64,000 bases of DNA from Myxococcota bacterium (GTDB lineage: Bacteria; Myxococcota_A; UBA796; UBA2385): NCBI GenBank assembly GCA_044344255.1, contig JBIJDH010000011.1, forward strand, positions 179,491 through 243,490. Direction: 5' to 3'. Positions within the stretch are counted from its first letter, which is position 1. Every line of letters begins with the position of its first letter. The notes beneath the pieces are model-generated. The model ran no database searches, was not told where the DNA came from, and saw nothing but the letters and a program-made list of their open reading frames with translations. A program made the position numbers and the translations under genes. Positions 58,960-64,000 of the stretch are shown piece after piece.

Positions 58960-60147
58960 TCAGTCGACGAGGGCGCTGAGGTCGACCATCGGCTCGGGGT
59001 GGTCCCCGTTGGCCCCCTCGAGGCCGCCTTCGCCGTTGTTCACCAGGGCCGTCCGCACCTGGGAGGCCGACTTGTCGGGGTTGAGCGCCATGTAGACCGC
59101 GGCCACTCCGGCCACGTGGGGGGTGGCCATCGAGGTGCCGTCGAGGGCCTCGTAGCCGCCGTCGGGCCAGGTCGAGTAGATGCTCACGCCGGGGGCGGTG
59201 ACATCGACGGCGTCGCCAAAGTTGGAGAAGTCGGCGAAGCCGCGGTCGGTGCCGCCGCGGGTGTTGTAGGCGCTGACGACCACGCCGCGGTCGAGGCCGG
59301 CGGGCACGACGTTGCGGGTGTTCTGGGCCTCGTTGCCGGCGGCGATGCAGACGACCACGCCGAGCTCGGCCAGCTTGTCGAGGGCGTCGGCCATGTCGTC
59401 GTCGAAGCTCGAGCCGCTCGGGCCGCCGAGCGACATGTTGACGACCCGGATCTCGGGGTGATCGGCCACATACTCGAGCCCGGCGATGATGTCGGACATG
59501 TAGCCGCTGCCGTCCGAGCCGAGCACGCGCACGTCGTGGATCGCGACCCCGGGGGCCACGCCCACCACGCCCGTCCCGTTGGCGATGGCGCCGATGGTGC
59601 CCGAGACGTGGGTGCCGTGGCCGACGGGGTCGGTGCCGTCCGCCTCGTCGCCGGTGTGGCGCCCGACGATGTCCTCGTGGGCGACGACGTTGAGGTCTGG
59701 GTGGTCACCCTGGACGCCGGTGTCGATCACCGCCACCTCGGTCCCGTCGAGGAAGGAGGGGGAGGCAAAGGGGCCGCCGATGCGGGTGATGCCCACCGGG
59801 GTCTCGTCGGGGCCCACCTCGAAGTCCTCGTCGGGATCGACGGGGTCGGTGAAGTCGTCGGGATCGTCGAGGCGGATCTCTTTCACCACCGTCACCTTCT
59901 CGAGCTCCGGCACCACCACGTCGGGGAGCACCATCGAGAAGCCGTTGCCCACCGAGTCATAGACGTTGATCAGGTCAAAGCCGAACTCGTCGGAGAGGGC
60001 AGCGGCGGTGTCGGCGACGTCGGCGGCCGGGGTGGTCAAGGTCACGAAGTAGGTGGAGAAGAACGGGTCGCCGTCCTTCCCGACTGTGCAGCCGAGCGTG
60101 AGGAGGAGGGGCAACACGAGGGGCGAGGAGCGGAGGGGTTGGCGCAT
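58960..60147 (-). CDS. S8 subtilisin-like serine protease lipoprotein with I9-like propeptide
   Basis: VIDTG, HGTHVSG, AAGN, GTSMATPHV; lipobox TLGC. Confidence 0.93.
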   Translation of the reverse strand: MRQPLRSSPLVLPLLLTLGCTVGKDGDPFFSTYFVTLTTPAADVADTAAALSDEFGFDLINVYDSVGNGFSMVLPDVVVPELEKVTVVKEIRLDDPDDFTDPVDPDEDFEVGPDETPVGITRIGGPFASPSFLDGTEVAVIDTGVQGDHPDLNVVAHEDIVGRHTGDEADGTDPVGHGTHVSGTIGAIANGTGVVGVAPGVAIHDVRVLGSDGSGYMSDIIAGLEYVADHPEIRVVNMSLGGPSGSSFDDDMADALDKLAELGVVVCIAAGNEAQNTRNVVPAGLDRGVVVSAYNTRGGTDRGFADFSNFGDAVDVTAPGVSIYSTWPDGGYEALDGTSMATPHVAGVAAVYMALNPDKSASQVRTALVNNGEGGLEGANGDHPEPMVDLSALVD

Positions 60148-60164
60148 GGGGCCTCGAGGTCAAC

Positions 60165-60241
60165 GGGGGGCGAAGGGGGGGCGAGAGGGGGGGCGAAGGG
60201 GGGGCGAGAGGGGGAGCAAAGGGTGGGCGAAGGGTGGGCGG
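60165..60241. repeat. degenerate ~12-bp purine-rich tandem repeat upstream of the subtilase
   Basis: gggggcgaaggg / ggggcgagaggg type units, about 6 copies. Confidence 0.6.
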
Positions 60242-60423
60242 GCCGGAGGGGAGGCTCGACGGTGGCTTCGCTCCTGGGCGCGACGCTCCACCTGAGCTGC
60301 CATTCAAGGACGGATATCCCTTCAAGGGGGGCTCCGTCGTGGAAGGGGAGGCATCTCGGGTGACGCCACGGGTTGACGAGCGAGGAGCTGCCCGGGTACG
60401 GGGCTGGCTCCGCGGAGGGTCCC

Positions 60424-60939
60424 ATGCGCCAGCTCCTGTTCGCCGTCCTCATGCTCACGACCACGCTGTCTGCCTGCGGGTGGAAGCACCGTGTCAAGGA
60501 TATGTCTAACGAGGAGTATGGGCGGTACACCTCGCTCAAGGTCTACATGACCGAAGAGCAGGAGAAGGCCTGCCTGAAGAAGAAGACCGAAGAGGAGCGC
60601 AGCGCCTACCTGAAGGAGCTCGGCCTCTGGGATCGCTTCTACAAGTACGATGAGGCCCAGCGAAAGCAGATCGTAGACGGCAAGGTCGAGGTGGGCTGGA
60701 CCTCGGACATGGTCTTGATGAGCTGGGGCCTGCCTTATGACAAGCGGATGCTCCCCGGGCGGAAGGCAGAGCGCTCCTGGATGTGGGTCTACCGCTTCGA
60801 GCAGCAGCCCGACGGCTCGGTGATGGTGTGGGAGAAGGGCAGCAAGACCGCCTACTCCGCCGTCAAGTTCTTCCAGCGTGAGGTGATCCTCGACGACGAC
60901 CACGTCGCCGAGCTCCGGGACAAGAACGCGAGCTGGTAG
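60424..60939 (+). CDS. hypothetical lipoprotein
   Basis: MRQLLFAVLMLTTTLSAC; VGWTSDMVLMSWGLP resembles SmpA/BamE-like small domains. Confidence 0.7.
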   Translation: MRQLLFAVLMLTTTLSACGWKHRVKDMSNEEYGRYTSLKVYMTEEQEKACLKKKTEEERSAYLKELGLWDRFYKYDEAQRKQIVDGKVEVGWTSDMVLMSWGLPYDKRMLPGRKAERSWMWVYRFEQQPDGSVMVWEKGSKTAYSAVKFFQREVILDDDHVAELRDKNASW

Positions 60940-60966
60940 GCCGCGCCCCGACGAGGACGCGCGCCC

Positions 60967-61605
60967 TTAAGAGGCCGCCGGATCGGGCCGCCCCCGGATG
61001 GGCAGGACGCCGAGCTCCCGCAGGCGATCGGCGGCGCGGCGGCTCCCGGTCTGCTGCCACTCCTCGTAGAGCCGGAGGACGCCGGCGTCGGTGGTGTCGT
61101 CGGACTGGGCGCGCACCGCGTCCCGGACGTCGTGGAGCACCTCGCTCGCGGCGTCGAAGCAGTCGGCCAGCTCGGAGAAGACCGCGTCGAGAGAGCGGGT
61201 GCCGGACGGGCCGTCGGCCGCAGCGGCGCCGCTGAGGCTGCGGAGCAGCCGGGAGACCCGCTCGTAGGCGGACGCCCCCATGACCCGGTAGTAGTCGAGG
61301 CCGACCTGCTGCCGCTCGACGTGCCCGCGGAAGAAGCCCGAGGTGTACAGCGCCTCGTCGCCGAGCTCCCGCCAGGCGGTGACGGCCTCGGCGCGGGTGG
61401 CGGACTGCGCGGCGAGGCGGCGCTCGACGAGCGTGTGAGGCGCGTTCGCCGTCTCGGCGTGGCCCTTCTCGACGAGGAGGTTCGTGAGGTACCACACCCC
61501 CTCCCGGCTGACGACGGTGCCCCGCTCTTCGACCGCGCGCCCCACTTCGGCGTGGAAGAAGTCGAACAGGTTCGGGCTCGTGACCAGGTGGGCGCTTCGG
61601 CTCAT
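60967..61605 (-). CDS. conserved hypothetical protein
   Basis: YLTNLL, LGDEALYTSGFF, YYRVMGASAY, LYEEWQQTGS; ATG 61605 with GGAG RBS. Confidence 0.75.
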   Translation of the reverse strand: MSRSAHLVTSPNLFDFFHAEVGRAVEERGTVVSREGVWYLTNLLVEKGHAETANAPHTLVERRLAAQSATRAEAVTAWRELGDEALYTSGFFRGHVERQQVGLDYYRVMGASAYERVSRLLRSLSGAAAADGPSGTRSLDAVFSELADCFDAASEVLHDVRDAVRAQSDDTTDAGVLRLYEEWQQTGSRRAADRLRELGVLPIRGRPDPAAS

Positions 61606-61678
61606 CTCCCTTCTCCTCGGGTGGTAGGGTGTCGGGCCTCCTCTCAGACGCAGCATCGAAAGAATTTCATGCCAACCG

Positions 61679-61706
61679 TTGACGCGGGGGCGCGGGTGCC
61701 TAAGGT
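61679..61706 (+). promoter_or_regulatory. possible promoter of groES-groEL
   Basis: TTGACG-16 bp-TAAGGT. Confidence 0.4.
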
Positions 61707-61928
61707 TTGCGGCGCTCTGAGGACCCCGAAGGGACCCTCGCTTCGCTGGCGTCGCGCAATCTGCGCGACTCGGCGGGGCAGCTTCCTTGGGAATCGGCTC
61801 GACAAGAGCCTGGGTTCCTGGCTTCGTCCCCCAATCCCCACCGCGCTGGCTTCGGGCGCTCCTTCGCTCCGAAGCTGAGCCATCCCTGAAACCCCCGACT
61901 CCCCCCTGGAATCCGGAGGCATGATCTC

Positions 61929-62222
61929 ATGACCACTGTTCGCCCCCTCTTCGACCGGGTGTTGGTCAAGCGTAACGATGAGCCCACCAAGACCAAGTCT
62001 GGGCTCTTTCTCCCCGAGACCGCCAAGGAGAAGCCCATCGAGGGCACCATCCTCGCGGTGGGCTCCGGCCGCGTCGGTGACGACGGCAAGGTGACCGCGC
62101 TCTCCGTGAGCGTCGGCGACCGCATCATCTTCGGCAAGTACTCGGGCACCGAGATCAAGGTGGACGGCGAAGAGCGCCTGATCCTCCGCGAGGAAGACAT
62201 CCTCGGCGTCATCCTCGGCTGA
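61929..62222 (+). CDS. groES: co-chaperonin GroES
   Basis: RPLFDRVLVKR, SGLFLPETAKEKP, KYSGTEIK, ILREEDIL. Confidence 0.97.
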   Translation: MTTVRPLFDRVLVKRNDEPTKTKSGLFLPETAKEKPIEGTILAVGSGRVGDDGKVTALSVSVGDRIIFGKYSGTEIKVDGEERLILREEDILGVILG

Positions 62223-62299
62223 TGTTCGGCGCGGGGCCCCTCGCGGGGTCCCGGTGCCTGGAGCCGGCTCGTCCTTTTGCATCCTGGGCTCGACTGTAG

Positions 62300-63970
<1,671 letters not shown>

Positions 63971-64000
63971 GCGCGGCGGTCGCGCGCGGGGGCACAGACC

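Noticed and set aside
58960..60147. Subtilase as leader peptidase for either RiPP
   Set aside because: More than 10 kb from both clusters and a generic lipoprotein S8; nothing links them

Overview
A very GC-rich bacterial window, most likely Myxococcota. The evidence is MYXO-CTERM-like tails, many acidic low-complexity lipoproteins, and FG-GAP and DCDD metal-motif surface proteins. Housekeeping genes include dnaN-recF-gyrB preceded by a DnaA-box cluster (candidate oriC, no adjacent dnaA), an ArsA/Get3-like ATPase pair, gatC-gatA, sua5/tsaC, a three-subunit xanthine dehydrogenase-family enzyme, a polar amino acid ABC transporter, xth, mtgA and groES-groEL. Two RiPP-like (ribosomal peptide) systems stand out. 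(1) At 6.1-12.0 kb: a full-length LanB dehydratase with no LanC, a 39-aa Cys-free precursor (KVKTNVKAG motif), a YkgJ/FliB-like Cys-cluster protein and an aldo-keto reductase-like protein. These lie on an ~8 kb segment bracketed by an intact gene and a decayed copy of its 3' end. (2) At 41.9-48.3 kb: a His-Xaa-Ser system whose precursor carries 17 His-Xaa-Ser triplets, with HxsB, two HxsD-like proteins, a second radical SAM enzyme that does not look like HxsC, and a coupled Tat protein and Ig-repeat lipoprotein. Other oddities are a probably ATPase-dead ClpX paralogue, a candidate copper monooxygenase surface cluster, short tandem duplications spanning stop codons at five or six gene ends, a His-tailed GroEL and a Ser/Thr kinase stub. 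All calls rest on motif recognition by eye; no database searches were run.
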